Assembly (NCBI GenBank): GCA_947626205.1
Contig: CANQRO010000015.1
Location: 1 to 20,805 of the forward strand
Source: an uncultured Clostridia bacterium
GTDB lineage: Bacteria; Bacillota; Clostridia; TANB77; CAG-508
Direction of reading: 5' to 3'
DNA length: 20,805 nucleotides
In this document: positions 1-8,030 of the stretch, in pieces
Layout of the letters: the number at the start of each line of letters is the position of its first letter
How positions within the stretch are numbered: the stretch's first letter is position 1
Translations under genes and position numbers: made by a program
Notes under the pieces: generated by a model
Database searches by the model: none
What the model was told of the DNA's origin: nothing
Seen by the model: only the letters and a program-made list of their open reading frames with translations

Positions 1-83
1 TATATGCAACCATTAAGCTTGTTATCATATCTATTATTGGTTGCAATACTATAAATATAATTAAAAAGTTTTGTATATTTATT

Positions 84-1088
84 TTAGATTTCATTTGTTC
101 CATTTTTTGCCCCTTTTAATAAAGTTTTTATTTTTTGAAATGCAATAATTAATTGTTTATTGTTTGTATAAAAAATATTGCAATTTAGCTTAAATAAAAA
201 GCCTTTTCTTTTATAATATATATTTTTTCTCCAATTAGGATATTTCTCTTTTATTATTTTAACAATTTTACTAACTTCGTTTATTCCTTCTTTATGTTCT
301 ATAAATCTACCAGTTCCTGCATATAGTAAATGTTCAATATAAATATATTCTAATTCGCTTTTATAATTTTCTATCATTTCAGATTGTTTAAAACCTTTTT
401 CCAAAGTAGATATAGCATCATAAATAGATAACAATTTATCATTGAATTTTTCCTGACGCATTGTAGAACCTGATCTTATATAATAGTTATAAAAAGGTTC
501 TTCTAAATATACAATTTTATTAGCATATAAAGCTATTAAAGGAATAACAGAAATATCTTCATAAATGCCACTTTCCAAAAAATATAATTTATTTGTTTTC
601 ATTATATTAGTACGTATAATTTTATTACATGGTCCAGCAACTGATACAATATAATCTTTTTTCATGTTATTTGTTTTATTTGGTATTGCTTTTTTATATC
701 GTTTCTCTCCATTTATTATTTCATAATAATCACATAATACTAAATCTGCGTTTTCGCTTTTTGCAGTTTCATACATCTTTTCTAGCATTTGTTCATTTAT
801 TGTATCATCTGCATCTATAAATGTTAAAAACTCGCCTTTTGCTATGTTTATACCTATATTTCTTGATTTACCTTGTCCTAAATTACTATCATTTTGTATA
901 AACACTATCTTATCTTCACACTTATTTATGTATTCTTCTTGAATTATTTTTGCAGTATTATCTATAGAGCCATCATCAATTATAATTATTTCTATTTCTT
1001 TCAACGTTTGATTTAATAAACAATTTAAGCAATTTTCTATATATTTTTCTCCGTTATATACTGGAACAATAACACTTAAATTTATCAT
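84..1088 (-). CDS. Family 2 glycosyltransferase (GT-A fold), 334 aa
   Basis: The N-terminus LSVIVPVYNGEKYIENCLNCLLNQT...IIIIDDGSIDNT and the later GEFLTFIDADD (DxD) are GT2 signatures. The SD AGGAGA lies 4 nt upstream of the ATG at 1088. Confidence 0.85.
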   Translation of the reverse strand: MINLSVIVPVYNGEKYIENCLNCLLNQTLKEIEIIIIDDGSIDNTAKIIQEEYINKCEDKIVFIQNDSNLGQGKSRNIGINIAKGEFLTFIDADDTINEQMLEKMYETAKSENADLVLCDYYEIINGEKRYKKAIPNKTNNMKKDYIVSVAGPCNKIIRTNIMKTNKLYFLESGIYEDISVIPLIALYANKIVYLEEPFYNYYIRSGSTMRQEKFNDKLLSIYDAISTLEKGFKQSEMIENYKSELEYIYIEHLLYAGTGRFIEHKEGINEVSKIVKIIKEKYPNWRKNIYYKRKGFLFKLNCNIFYTNNKQLIIAFQKIKTLLKGAKNGTNEI

Positions 1089-1110
1089 ATTCTCTCCTAT
1101 TATTTAATGA

Positions 1111-2068
1111 TTAATTATCAATCTTTAAAAGTTTTAAATACAAATTTATATTAACTGATAATATGATTCTTTTTATGAATTGTTTTAGGTTTCTAATTTT
1201 TATATTTTTAACCATTTTCCTTTTTTTCAATTCATTAATATATTCTTTTCTATCAGATAATTTTATTTGTTTTAATTTAAGTAATACCGCATTAGTATAG
1301 TATATTTTTACATTTTCCTTTGTTTTTTTACTAATATTTATAAGACTTATATATTGTAACATATTATCATAATGTAATAAAGTATCTTTAAATCTTTTTA
1401 CACTTTTTTCATAATCATTATTTCTAGTTATGCTATTTTTGGTTTGAATATAATAATATCCTTGTATATTCGTTGAAATTACACTATTAGCTGTTAATAC
1501 TACTAATGGAATTAATCCAAAATCTTCATGATACGTACCAACTCTGAATTTAAAATTGTGCATAGTAAATAGGCTTTTCTTAAATACATACACACATGGA
1601 GAATCAAACAAAATATCATCAAATGCTAAGTTATTAAAAGCTTCTTCACCACTTGTTACTTCAAAAATTGGTCCATCAATAATATGGCATTTATTATCTT
1701 CATCCATTATATTAGCTTTAAATTTTATAATATCTATATCAGCTTCTAAATATTGTTCTACGTTTTTTATAAGATCTTTATCTATATAATCATCTGAATC
1801 TATGAATAAAATATATTCACCGCATAGCCTTTTCAATTCCAAAATTTCTTGTATCTGCTACACCTGTATGAGGTTTTGCATAATATTTAAACATATCAGG
1901 ATAATTCTCTATGGTTTCTTTTATTATGCTTTCAGAACTGTCTAATGAGCCATCATTTATAATAAGTACTTCAATATTTTCATTTACTTGTTCCTTAACA
2001 GATTCTAAACAATTTTTAATTTGCTTTTCTGTATTATATACAGGAATAATTATACTTAATTTTATCAT
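1111..2068 (-). pseudogene. Family 2 glycosyltransferase split into two ORFs (1817..2068 and 1111..1842). One extra C (plus-strand g1822) separates the frames, and the joined product is 318 aa. It is either a pseudogene or a +1 recoded CDS.
   Basis: The upstream ORF ends ...TRNFGIEKAM-R-stop (ATG CGG TGA). The +1 frame continues GGT GAA TAT = GEYILFIDSDDYID. Joining gives ...RNFGIEKAMGEYILFIDSDD, the contiguous GT2 motif A.GEY..F.DSDD. The total length is 957+1 nt. Confidence 0.8.
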
Positions 2069-2108
2069 ATATTTTTTTAGATATATATTTAATAAATTAA
2101 TATATCAT

Positions 2109-3209
2109 TTACTCCTTTCTTGTCTTATTTTCTATTAAGTTTTCTAATTTTTCTAAAATTTCCTTATTGAATTTTTCTGCATCAAATTTTTCTTTCACTT
2201 CATATCCATTAATTATAAAATCTTCCATTGCTAAAGAAATATCTTCTACTTCTTTTTTTACTACTTTTCCAAATTTATTTTCTATATCTTCCATTGCATC
2301 AGATACATCTGTTGTTATTACTGGTTTTTCAAAAACAAATGCTTCTTGAAATACAACTGGATATCCTTCATAATCCGATGTTAGCAAAATCGCATCAGCA
2401 GTTTTAAAGTATGGATATGGATTTTTTTGAATTCCAAGTAGTTTAATGTAATCCTCAAGATTTCTATCCTTTATCATTTCTTCATACATCAATGTATCTT
2501 TTCCTGTTCCAATAATCCAAACTTCAAATTCAAGATTTTTATTTTTTAAATTCTCACAAGCCATAATAATTCTAGATAATTTTTTTTCTTCTTCACTATG
2601 TCTTCCTACAGATAAAAATATGTATTTATTTTTCTTACTTTGTTCTATTTTTTCATTTGATAGTTCCAACATTTTTTCATAATTGATTAAATTCCCTAGT
2701 TTTATAATTTTTTCTTTTAATTCTGGAAAAATCTTTACAAATGAATTAATTGAAGATTTCGATACAAAAATAATATGTTTAAATTTATTTATTTTTCTTT
2801 CATAGAAAAATGTTTTCATTTTTTCTATATCATCTTTGTATATATGTGTATAATCCGAATGAACCCAAATAGCATTGTTTTTAGAGGCTATTTTTGCTGT
2901 AAATGCAGCCATTTTAGAATATGTAGCATACGAAGCGGAAAAATCAAATTTATTCATATATTTTACGATAAATTTTATTCTCTTAAGTAAATTCATAAAC
3001 TTCCTAATAATTATACACTTGCAATTATTAGGATTATATTCTATTAAGTGTATATTGGGATTAAGCTCGCTTAAAAAAATTCCATTTTTATTTTCTAATA
3101 CAAGCGTTACATCATAATTTTTATTTACAAGTGTATCTAAAAGAGTACAAAGAGATGTTTCTATTCCTCCTATATCCATATCGAATGCTGAAAATAATAA
3201 TTTCTTCAT
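2109..3209 (-). CDS. GT-B fold glycosyltransferase (GT4/GT1 family), about 366 aa
   Basis: The C-terminal motif LLTSDYEGYPVVFQEAFVFEKPVITTDV is the typical GT4 E-x7-E region. The longest ORF starts at 3221, but the ATG at 3209 (MKKLLF) has the SD GGAGA 5 nt upstream, so I prefer 3209. Confidence 0.8.
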   Translation of the reverse strand: MKKLLFSAFDMDIGGIETSLCTLLDTLVNKNYDVTLVLENKNGIFLSELNPNIHLIEYNPNNCKCIIIRKFMNLLKRIKFIVKYMNKFDFSASYATYSKMAAFTAKIASKNNAIWVHSDYTHIYKDDIEKMKTFFYERKINKFKHIIFVSKSSINSFVKIFPELKEKIIKLGNLINYEKMLELSNEKIEQSKKNKYIFLSVGRHSEEEKKLSRIIMACENLKNKNLEFEVWIIGTGKDTLMYEEMIKDRNLEDYIKLLGIQKNPYPYFKTADAILLTSDYEGYPVVFQEAFVFEKPVITTDVSDAMEDIENKFGKVVKKEVEDISLAMEDFIINGYEVKEKFDAEKFNKEILEKLENLIENKTRKE

Positions 3210-3252
3210 TGATTTCTCCATTTCTATTTTAATTATAGTTGCATTATATCAT

Positions 3253-3281
3253 ACTTTATTTAAGTATTGAAATAGAATTGA
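3253..3281 (-). promoter_or_regulatory. Candidate sigma-A promoter with extended -10 for the glycosyltransferase operon
   Basis: The minus strand reads TTCAAT-17 nt-TATAAT, preceded by TGa (TGnTATAAT). It lies about 45 nt upstream of the GT4 start. Confidence 0.45.
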
Positions 3282-3311
3282 TAAAAAAAAAGAGATGTCT
3301 TCCCATCTCTT
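3282..3311 (-). terminator. Rho-independent terminator of rpmE
   Basis: An 8-bp perfect stem (aagagatg / catctctt, 3290-3297 and 3304-3311) has a 6-nt loop. It is followed on the minus strand by an 8-T run (plus-strand A run 3283-3290). Confidence 0.7.
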
Positions 3312-3332
3312 AAAAAATAATTTTTTATATTA

Positions 3333-3533
3333 CTATGCAATTCCATATTTTTTCTTAAATTTATCTGCTCTACCACCTGTTGTATTTACTTTTAAACTAC
3401 CAGTCCAATATGGATGGCAATTTGAGCAAACATCTACTTTTATATCTTTCTTTGTTGATTTTGTTTTAAATACATTACCACATGCACATGTAATTGTTGC
3501 ATCTGTAAATTCTGGATGTATTCCTTCTTTCAT
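3333..3533 (-). CDS. rpmE: 50S ribosomal protein L31, zinc-ribbon (Cys-containing) form, 66 aa
   Basis: [22 protein letters not shown]...[10 protein letters not shown] is a canonical L31 sequence. The ATG is at 3533 with SD AAAGAGGTGA upstream. The tracked 90-aa ORF is an in-frame 5' over-extension. Confidence 0.95.
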   Translation of the reverse strand: MKEGIHPEFTDATITCACGNVFKTKSTKKDIKVDVCSNCHPYWTGSLKVNTTGGRADKFKKKYGIA

Positions 3534-3576
3534 TTTGTATTCACCTCTTTCTTTAATGAATAAATAGCTAAATAAT

Positions 3577-3605
3577 ATCTTATCACATTTTTTTAATGTT
3601 TTCAA
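3577..3605 (-). promoter_or_regulatory. Sigma-A promoter of rpmE
   Basis: The minus strand reads TTGAAA-17 nt-TAAGAT with a TG extended -10 (TGaTAAGAT). It is about 40 nt upstream of the rpmE ATG. Confidence 0.55.
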
Positions 3606-3614
3606 CTATAAGTT

Positions 3615-3779
3615 TTAATTTTTTTCGTTTTTTTCATTTTCTTGTTGCATTACATATTCAGCAGAAGTTTTCAATTCATCCAAAAAAGGCATCTTTTTTA
3701 CTAATTTTGAAACAATATTAAATAAGCATGCAACAACTAATATAATAAATAAAATTTTTTTCCATAATCTAGCAGCCAT
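3615..3779 (-). CDS. Small hypothetical membrane protein, 54 aa, absent from the ORF track
   Basis: I translated it by hand as MAARLWKKILFIILVVACLFNIVSKLVKKMPFLDELKTSAEYVMQQENEKNEKN. The SD GGAGG lies 7 nt upstream of the ATG at 3779. It has one N-terminal hydrophobic helix and an acidic/polar tail. Confidence 0.5.
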   Translation of the reverse strand: MAARLWKKILFIILVVACLFNIVSKLVKKMPFLDELKTSAEYVMQQENEKNEKN

Positions 3780-3950
3780 ATTTTTTCCTCCGATTAATAA
3801 ACTCTAATAATATTATACTATATTTATAAGTTTTGTCAATATATTTAAGCTTTTTGGATACACTACTTTAATAGATTATTTTATATATATAAATAAATTG
3901 TTTTGATATATAACCTGTAATTAAGTTATATGTTATTAAGGAGGTAATCA

Positions 3951-4604
3951 ATGAAAAATAAATCGTTTTCTATATTATTATTCGGTATAATTGGTGCAAT
4001 ATGTATCCTTTCTATTATATATGCTAATAAAAATAATAATTCTATGCAAAATTCAACTAATATTGCAAAACTTAGTGCTGAAATTACTACAAATACTGAA
4101 ATGTCAAATGATATTAATAATATTGAATTTAAAGAAACATCTGAAGAAGAACTTTCTAGTTTTTCTACAAAACTTAGCGGTAGGGATACTCCAAGAAGTA
4201 GAAATATTGCACTTACATGTTCTATATTAAATGAAACAATTATAGAATCTAATCAAGTTTTCTCTTTCAATTCAGTTATTGGAAACCCAACTGCTGAAAA
4301 TGGTTATGAAAAAGCAAAATCATTTGATGCAGATGGTAAAACTGTTCAAACCTATGGCGGTGGAAATTGTCAAGTAAGTAGTACTTTATATAATGTTGTA
4401 TTGCAAGTTCCAGAGCAATTAGAGGTTGTTGAAAGGCATAAACATGTAAAACCTGTACATTATGTTGAAGAAAATAAGGATGCTACTGTTTCTTATGGTA
4501 GTGTTGACTTTAAATTTAAAAATAATACAACTTATCCTATAAAAATTTACGCTAATTCTAATTTAAGTAGTGTAGATATACGAATTGTTAAATTGTACAA
4601 TTAA
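3951..4604 (+). CDS. VanW family protein with N-terminal membrane anchor, 217 aa
   Basis: The VanW-domain core is VFSFNSVIGNPTAENGYEKA...YGGGNCQVSSTLYNVVLQ. A hydrophobic N-terminal segment (ILLFGIIGAICILSIIY) is present. The SD is AAGGAGG. Confidence 0.8.
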   Translation: MKNKSFSILLFGIIGAICILSIIYANKNNNSMQNSTNIAKLSAEITTNTEMSNDINNIEFKETSEEELSSFSTKLSGRDTPRSRNIALTCSILNETIIESNQVFSFNSVIGNPTAENGYEKAKSFDADGKTVQTYGGGNCQVSSTLYNVVLQVPEQLEVVERHKHVKPVHYVEENKDATVSYGSVDFKFKNNTTYPIKIYANSNLSSVDIRIVKLYN

Positions 4605-4818
4605 GCAAATAGTAGCATTAAAATTAAATATTTTTGTACTCATATATATAAAAAATGTCTTTGCAATATGTAAAACTTTAATTTGCAAAATACACAAATT
4701 AATATAGCTTAAACTTATCATATATGAAACAACATGAAACTTTGAAGTTTCTTAAAAAAAATGGAATAAATTAGGATTTTATTTTCAAAGGAGGAATTGA
4801 AGATTATTCTAAATAGTA

Positions 4819-4868
4819 AAAAAGACTAATTTTTATTATTTAAATTAAAATAAAAATTTAGTCTTTTT
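4819..4868. terminator. Long AT-rich hairpin, a bidirectional terminator between convergent VanW and greA
   Basis: The stem has 11 bp (aaaaagactaa / ttagtcttttt) plus 8 more bp after a 1-nt bulge, with an 11-nt loop. The A and T tracts in the stem supply a U-run in either direction. Confidence 0.6.
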
Positions 4869-4940
4869 ATATTTATCTTATTTTTTATATTTATCTCATT
4901 TTTTATATTTATCTCATTTTTTATACCTATTTTTATACTT
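4869..4940. repeat. 18-bp tandem repeat with three near-identical copies and one degenerate copy
   Basis: The unit atatttatct[t/c]atttttt occurs at 4869-4886, 4887-4904 and 4905-4922. A degenerate fourth copy at 4923-4940 runs into the greA stop codon. Confidence 0.85.
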
Positions 4941-5415
4941 ATTTTGTTATTGATATAATTTTATATTTTACTATTCCAGCAGGTACTTTTATTTCAACTT
5001 CTTCTCCTTTTTTTGCTCCAAGTAATGCTGCTCCAATTGGTGATTCATTAGAAATTCTATTTTGCGATAAATCTACTTCTGTAGAACCAACAATTGTATA
5101 TTCCTCTTCATCTCCAAATTCTAAATCCTTTATTTTTACAGTATTTCCCACTTGAACTGTTTTAGTATCAATTTCAGATTCATCTATTATTCTTGCATAT
5201 CTTAATTTTGTTTCTAAATTTGCAATTTTTATTTCATTGTCTGCTTGAGCATTTTTTGCTTCATCATATTCAGAATTTTCAGATAAATCACCGAATCCTA
5301 AAGCTACCTTAATACGCTCTGCAATTTCAGCTCTTTTTTCTGTTCGTAAGTATTCTAACTCCTTTTCAAGGTTATCATATCCTTCTTGAGTTAATAGAAC
5401 TTCTTTTTCTTCCAT
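4939..5415 (-). CDS. greA: Transcription elongation factor GreA, 158 aa
   Basis: LTQEGYDNLEKELEYLRTEKRAEIAERIKVALGFGDLSENSEYDEAK is the canonical GreA N-terminal coiled coil. The C-terminal domain is ISNESPIGAALLGAKKGEEV. Confidence 0.95.
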   Translation of the reverse strand: MEEKEVLLTQEGYDNLEKELEYLRTEKRAEIAERIKVALGFGDLSENSEYDEAKNAQADNEIKIANLETKLRYARIIDESEIDTKTVQVGNTVKIKDLEFGDEEEYTIVGSTEVDLSQNRISNESPIGAALLGAKKGEEVEIKVPAGIVKYKIISITK

Positions 5416-5461
5416 AATTACACATCTCCCTGTATAAAGAATTCATTTATATATTGACACT

Positions 5462-5490
5462 ATCTTAAGACAATTAGATTATTTTGTCAA
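5462..5490 (-). promoter_or_regulatory. Candidate sigma-A promoter of greA
   Basis: The minus strand reads TTGACA (5490-5485)-17 nt-TAAGAT (5467-5462). It is about 45 nt upstream of the greA ATG. Confidence 0.5.
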
Positions 5491-5495
5491 GTACT

Positions 5496-6425
5496 TTAAT
5501 TTAATTTTTTTGTAACTTGTATAAATTCCGAATGATGTATTATTCCATTTATTCCAATAAGATTTGTTATTCTAACATTTTCTTGTTCAATTATTTTACG
5601 TATATATTCATAATTTTTTCCAAATAATCTAGATTCATAAAGCTTTCTTATTGTGAACTCGTTTTTTATCATATGTTCGTTATCTGTAATTAATTCATAT
5701 TCACAAACGTGTATTCCTGCAAAAGCCTTTGAAGAAATATGAATTTTTTTATTAACATCTATTACAATTGCATTTGTATTTAAAGTAAACCTATTAAAAA
5801 ATTCCTCTGAAAAATCTAAATTCACTATAATCTTAGATTTTGCAAGGCTTTTTCGTTTATTATTTGTAATTTGACAAGCAACTCCGAATTGATCTTCTAA
5901 ATCTTTTTCTAATTTTTGAAATGATAATATATTTGTAGTAACTATTTTTATTTCTTTTACATTTTTTGCAATTGATGATATTAATTTTAAATTATCGGTA
6001 TTAGGTTGTTTTATTAATATTGTAATTTCTTGTTCTTGCAATTTTTTGTTTGTCACTTTACATATATAATTTATTATTTCTGGTATTAAATAATTTGAAA
6101 AACTAGTTCCAACTAGTAATTTTATATTAGAATTAATCAATTTTTGTCTTAATTCTTCTATACTGTCTAAATAATTTGATAAAATTACCTGTGAGTTTAA
6201 TTTTAATAAAATGTTTCTTATATAGTACATCTTTATTTTCAAGAATTTTTCCATATTTTTATACGGCACAATACATATTCCATTTTCATTTATTGTAGCA
6301 ATCCCAAATACTTTTTTAAAATATAATATGAACTTTTTCAAAAAAACTGGTAATTTACTATACTTAGAAAATATCTCACTTAATTCTGTTAGCTCTTTTA
6401 CATAAATTATATTAATTTGATACAC
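5496..6425 (-). CDS. Hypothetical protein, up to 309 aa, with an uncertain start
   Basis: This is a long uninterrupted ORF in the same orientation as its neighbours, and I recognise no family signature. The tracked start at 6425 is a GTG abutting the only SD-like element (AAAGGGG), which is unusually tight spacing. The next in-frame ATG is 57 codons in. Confidence 0.55.
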   Translation of the reverse strand: MYQINIIYVKELTELSEIFSKYSKLPVFLKKFILYFKKVFGIATINENGICIVPYKNMEKFLKIKMYYIRNILLKLNSQVILSNYLDSIEELRQKLINSNIKLLVGTSFSNYLIPEIINYICKVTNKKLQEQEITILIKQPNTDNLKLISSIAKNVKEIKIVTTNILSFQKLEKDLEDQFGVACQITNNKRKSLAKSKIIVNLDFSEEFFNRFTLNTNAIVIDVNKKIHISSKAFAGIHVCEYELITDNEHMIKNEFTIRKLYESRLFGKNYEYIRKIIEQENVRITNLIGINGIIHHSEFIQVTKKLN

Positions 6426-6489
6426 CCCTTTATTTTTTTTTTAATTATATGTACAAACTATGAAAAAAGAACAAAATTATAACTAAATG

Positions 6490-6527
6490 AACCCGAATCA
6501 TTAAATTTTTTTTTAATAATTCGGGTT
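6490..6527 (-). terminator. Hairpin downstream of folA, a probable terminator
   Basis: The perfect stem aacccgaat / attcgggtt is extendable to 14 bp with one mismatch around a T-rich loop. It is the only GC-containing stem between folA and the next gene. No clean U-run follows it on the minus strand. Confidence 0.45.
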
Positions 6528-6617
6528 TATTTACTAACATGTGTATCAATCAACATGTATTAATTTATATGACTTATATATTTACTATGTATATTTCAAG
6601 ATATATTTTTTGTAGAT

Positions 6618-6657
6618 TTATTTTTGTAACCTTATTTTTGTAACTTTATTTTCTTAC
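6618..6657. repeat. 14-bp-period tandem repeat overlapping the folA 3' end
   Basis: The 13-mer ttatttttgtaac occurs at 6618-6630 and 6632-6644. A degenerate copy ttattttcttac at 6646-6657 covers the folA stop and last codons. Confidence 0.7.
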
Positions 6658-7134
6658 ATAATCTATATGTTCATAATCATATGGATTTTCTTCATTTCTA
6701 ATACCTTTATTTATTTTTTCTATATGCCATATATTCTCATCAATTTCTGGAAAAAATGTATCTCCATCAAAATTTTCATATATTCTTGTAATATACATTT
6801 TTTTAGCATAAGGCATTAAGAGTTTATATATTGCTGCTCCACCAATTACAAAGTTTTCATCTTGAGAATCTATATAATTTTTCAGTTCACTAATATCATG
6901 TATTACTTTTACCTGTTCATCATTATAATTATAATCCTTGTTTTTAGTTAGGACAATATGAAATCTGTTTGGTAAAACTCTACCCAAAGACTCAAAAGTT
7001 TTTCTTCCCATAATAATTGTTTTTCCTGAAGTTATGTTTCTAAATCTTTTTAGATCATCTGGCAATTTCCATATTAATTTATTATCTTTTCCTATAACAT
7101 TATTATTAGCAAATGCTACAATTATACTTAACAT
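6646..7134 (-). CDS. folA: Dihydrofolate reductase, 162 aa from the ATG at 7134
   Basis: MLSIIVAFANNNVIGKDNKLIWKLPDDLKRFRNITSGKTIIMGRKTFESLG is the canonical DHFR N-terminus. The SD AGAGGA lies 9 nt upstream of 7134. The longest ORF (to 7158) would overlap thyA by 11 nt. Confidence 0.9.
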   Translation of the reverse strand: MLSIIVAFANNNVIGKDNKLIWKLPDDLKRFRNITSGKTIIMGRKTFESLGRVLPNRFHIVLTKNKDYNYNDEQVKVIHDISELKNYIDSQDENFVIGGAAIYKLLMPYAKKMYITRIYENFDGDTFFPEIDENIWHIEKINKGIRNEENPYDYEHIDYVRK

Positions 7135-7147
7135 ATTTTTCATTCCT

Positions 7148-8005
7148 CTATTCTGCAACTGGTATTTTACCTAATTTTACATCTTTATTATAATCATATC
7201 CAACCACTTCAAAATCTTCTACTTTAAAATCGTAAAAGTTTGTTGTCGAATTGTGAATTTTTAACTGTGGTTTTACATCCATTGGCTTAGCTTCTAATAG
7301 TTGCTCTATTAATGGAACATGCCTATCATAAATATGACAATCTCCTATATTATGTGTTAATGTTCCAACTTTTAGTCCACTAACTTGTGCAAACATATGC
7401 GTTAAAGCTGCATATTGCATTGTATTCCATCCGTTTGCTGCTAACATGTCTTGTGAACGTTGATTTAAAATTAAATGCAATTTTCCATCCTTAACAAGCC
7501 ATTGAGTTCCAAATGCACAAGGTTCTAAGTTCATATCCTTTAATTCTTCATGATTAAATAAATTTGTCATAATTCTTCTGCTTGACTGGTCATTTTTCAA
7601 TAAATACAATACGTAATCTACTTGATCCATCTTCTTTATTCCGTTTTTTGTTTTAAAGTCATATTTTTTTGCGAATTGATATCCATATGCTTTACCAATT
7701 GTGCCATCTTCTCCTGCCCATTGATCCCATATATGTGAATTTAATTCACTTACTTTATTAGATTTTTTCTGCCAGATCCATAAAATTTCATCTATTGCTC
7801 TTTTTACAGTATTTGAATTATTTCTTAGAGTGATCATTGGAAATTCTTTTTCTAAATCATATTTATTTTGAACTCCTACAATTGAATAATAATTTGCTTC
7901 TGTTCCATCCTCCCATCTTGTTCGCACATTAGTTCCTTTAGATGAATATCCATGTTCTAATATTTCTTTACATGTATTTATAAAATTTTTATCTGCTTCA
8001 GTCAT
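7148..8005 (-). CDS. thyA: Thymidylate synthase ThyA, long B. subtilis ThyA-like form, 285 aa
   Basis: Family motifs include DEILWIWQKKSN, IWDQWAGEDGTIGKAYGYQ, SSRRIMTNLFN, LEPCAFGTQW and NIGDCHIYDRH. The SD is AAAGGAGGG. Confidence 0.95.
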   Translation of the reverse strand: MTEADKNFINTCKEILEHGYSSKGTNVRTRWEDGTEANYYSIVGVQNKYDLEKEFPMITLRNNSNTVKRAIDEILWIWQKKSNKVSELNSHIWDQWAGEDGTIGKAYGYQFAKKYDFKTKNGIKKMDQVDYVLYLLKNDQSSRRIMTNLFNHEELKDMNLEPCAFGTQWLVKDGKLHLILNQRSQDMLAANGWNTMQYAALTHMFAQVSGLKVGTLTHNIGDCHIYDRHVPLIEQLLEAKPMDVKPQLKIHNSTTNFYDFKVEDFEVVGYDYNKDVKLGKIPVAE

Positions 8006-8030
8006 TTTTAGCCCTCCTTTTACTTATTGA

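Noticed and set aside
1-83. Possible start of another minus-strand gene running off the left edge (ATG at 28 or 13)
   Set aside because: Only a few codons are visible and no SD precedes either ATG, so it cannot be supported from this window.
629-3117. Plus-strand ORFs 629..820, 1556..1789, 1911..2138, 2167..2349, 2775..2990 and 2875..3117, antisense to the glycosyltransferase genes
   Set aside because: They lie fully inside well-supported minus-strand CDSs. Their translations are low-complexity and rich in F, I, L and S, as expected from the reverse complement of AT-rich coding DNA. None has an SD.
3295-3567. 90-aa plus-strand ORF opposite rpmE, and the 90-aa over-extended rpmE ORF
   Set aside because: The minus strand encodes a textbook L31 starting at 3533 with an SD. 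The antisense ORF has no support.
3991-4230. 79-aa alternative-frame ORF inside VanW
   Set aside because: It overlaps the VanW frame, which has a strong SD and domain signature. Its translation is low-complexity.
3951-4604. VanW considered as a marker of a vancomycin-resistance operon
   Set aside because: No vanH, vanA/B, vanX or vanRS genes are adjacent. Stand-alone VanW-domain proteins are common in clostridia.
4736-4830. Small hairpin gaaactt/aagtttc (4736-4751), plus an orphan AAAGGAGGAA Shine-Dalgarno (about 4787-4796) followed by a possible mini-ORF
   Set aside because: The hairpin loop is only 2 nt, or the stem only 5 bp. The nearest TTG is 2 nt from the SD and no ATG or GTG lies at workable spacing. 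There is no evidence of a real gene.
4869-4940. 18-bp direct repeats considered as a CRISPR array
   Set aside because: The repeats are contiguous with no spacers and are too short and AT-rich. No cas genes are present.
6646-7158. DHFR considered as an acquired trimethoprim-resistance dfr cassette
   Set aside because: It is paired with thyA as in ordinary chromosomes. No integron, transposon or IS features are present. Resistance cannot be inferred from sequence alone.
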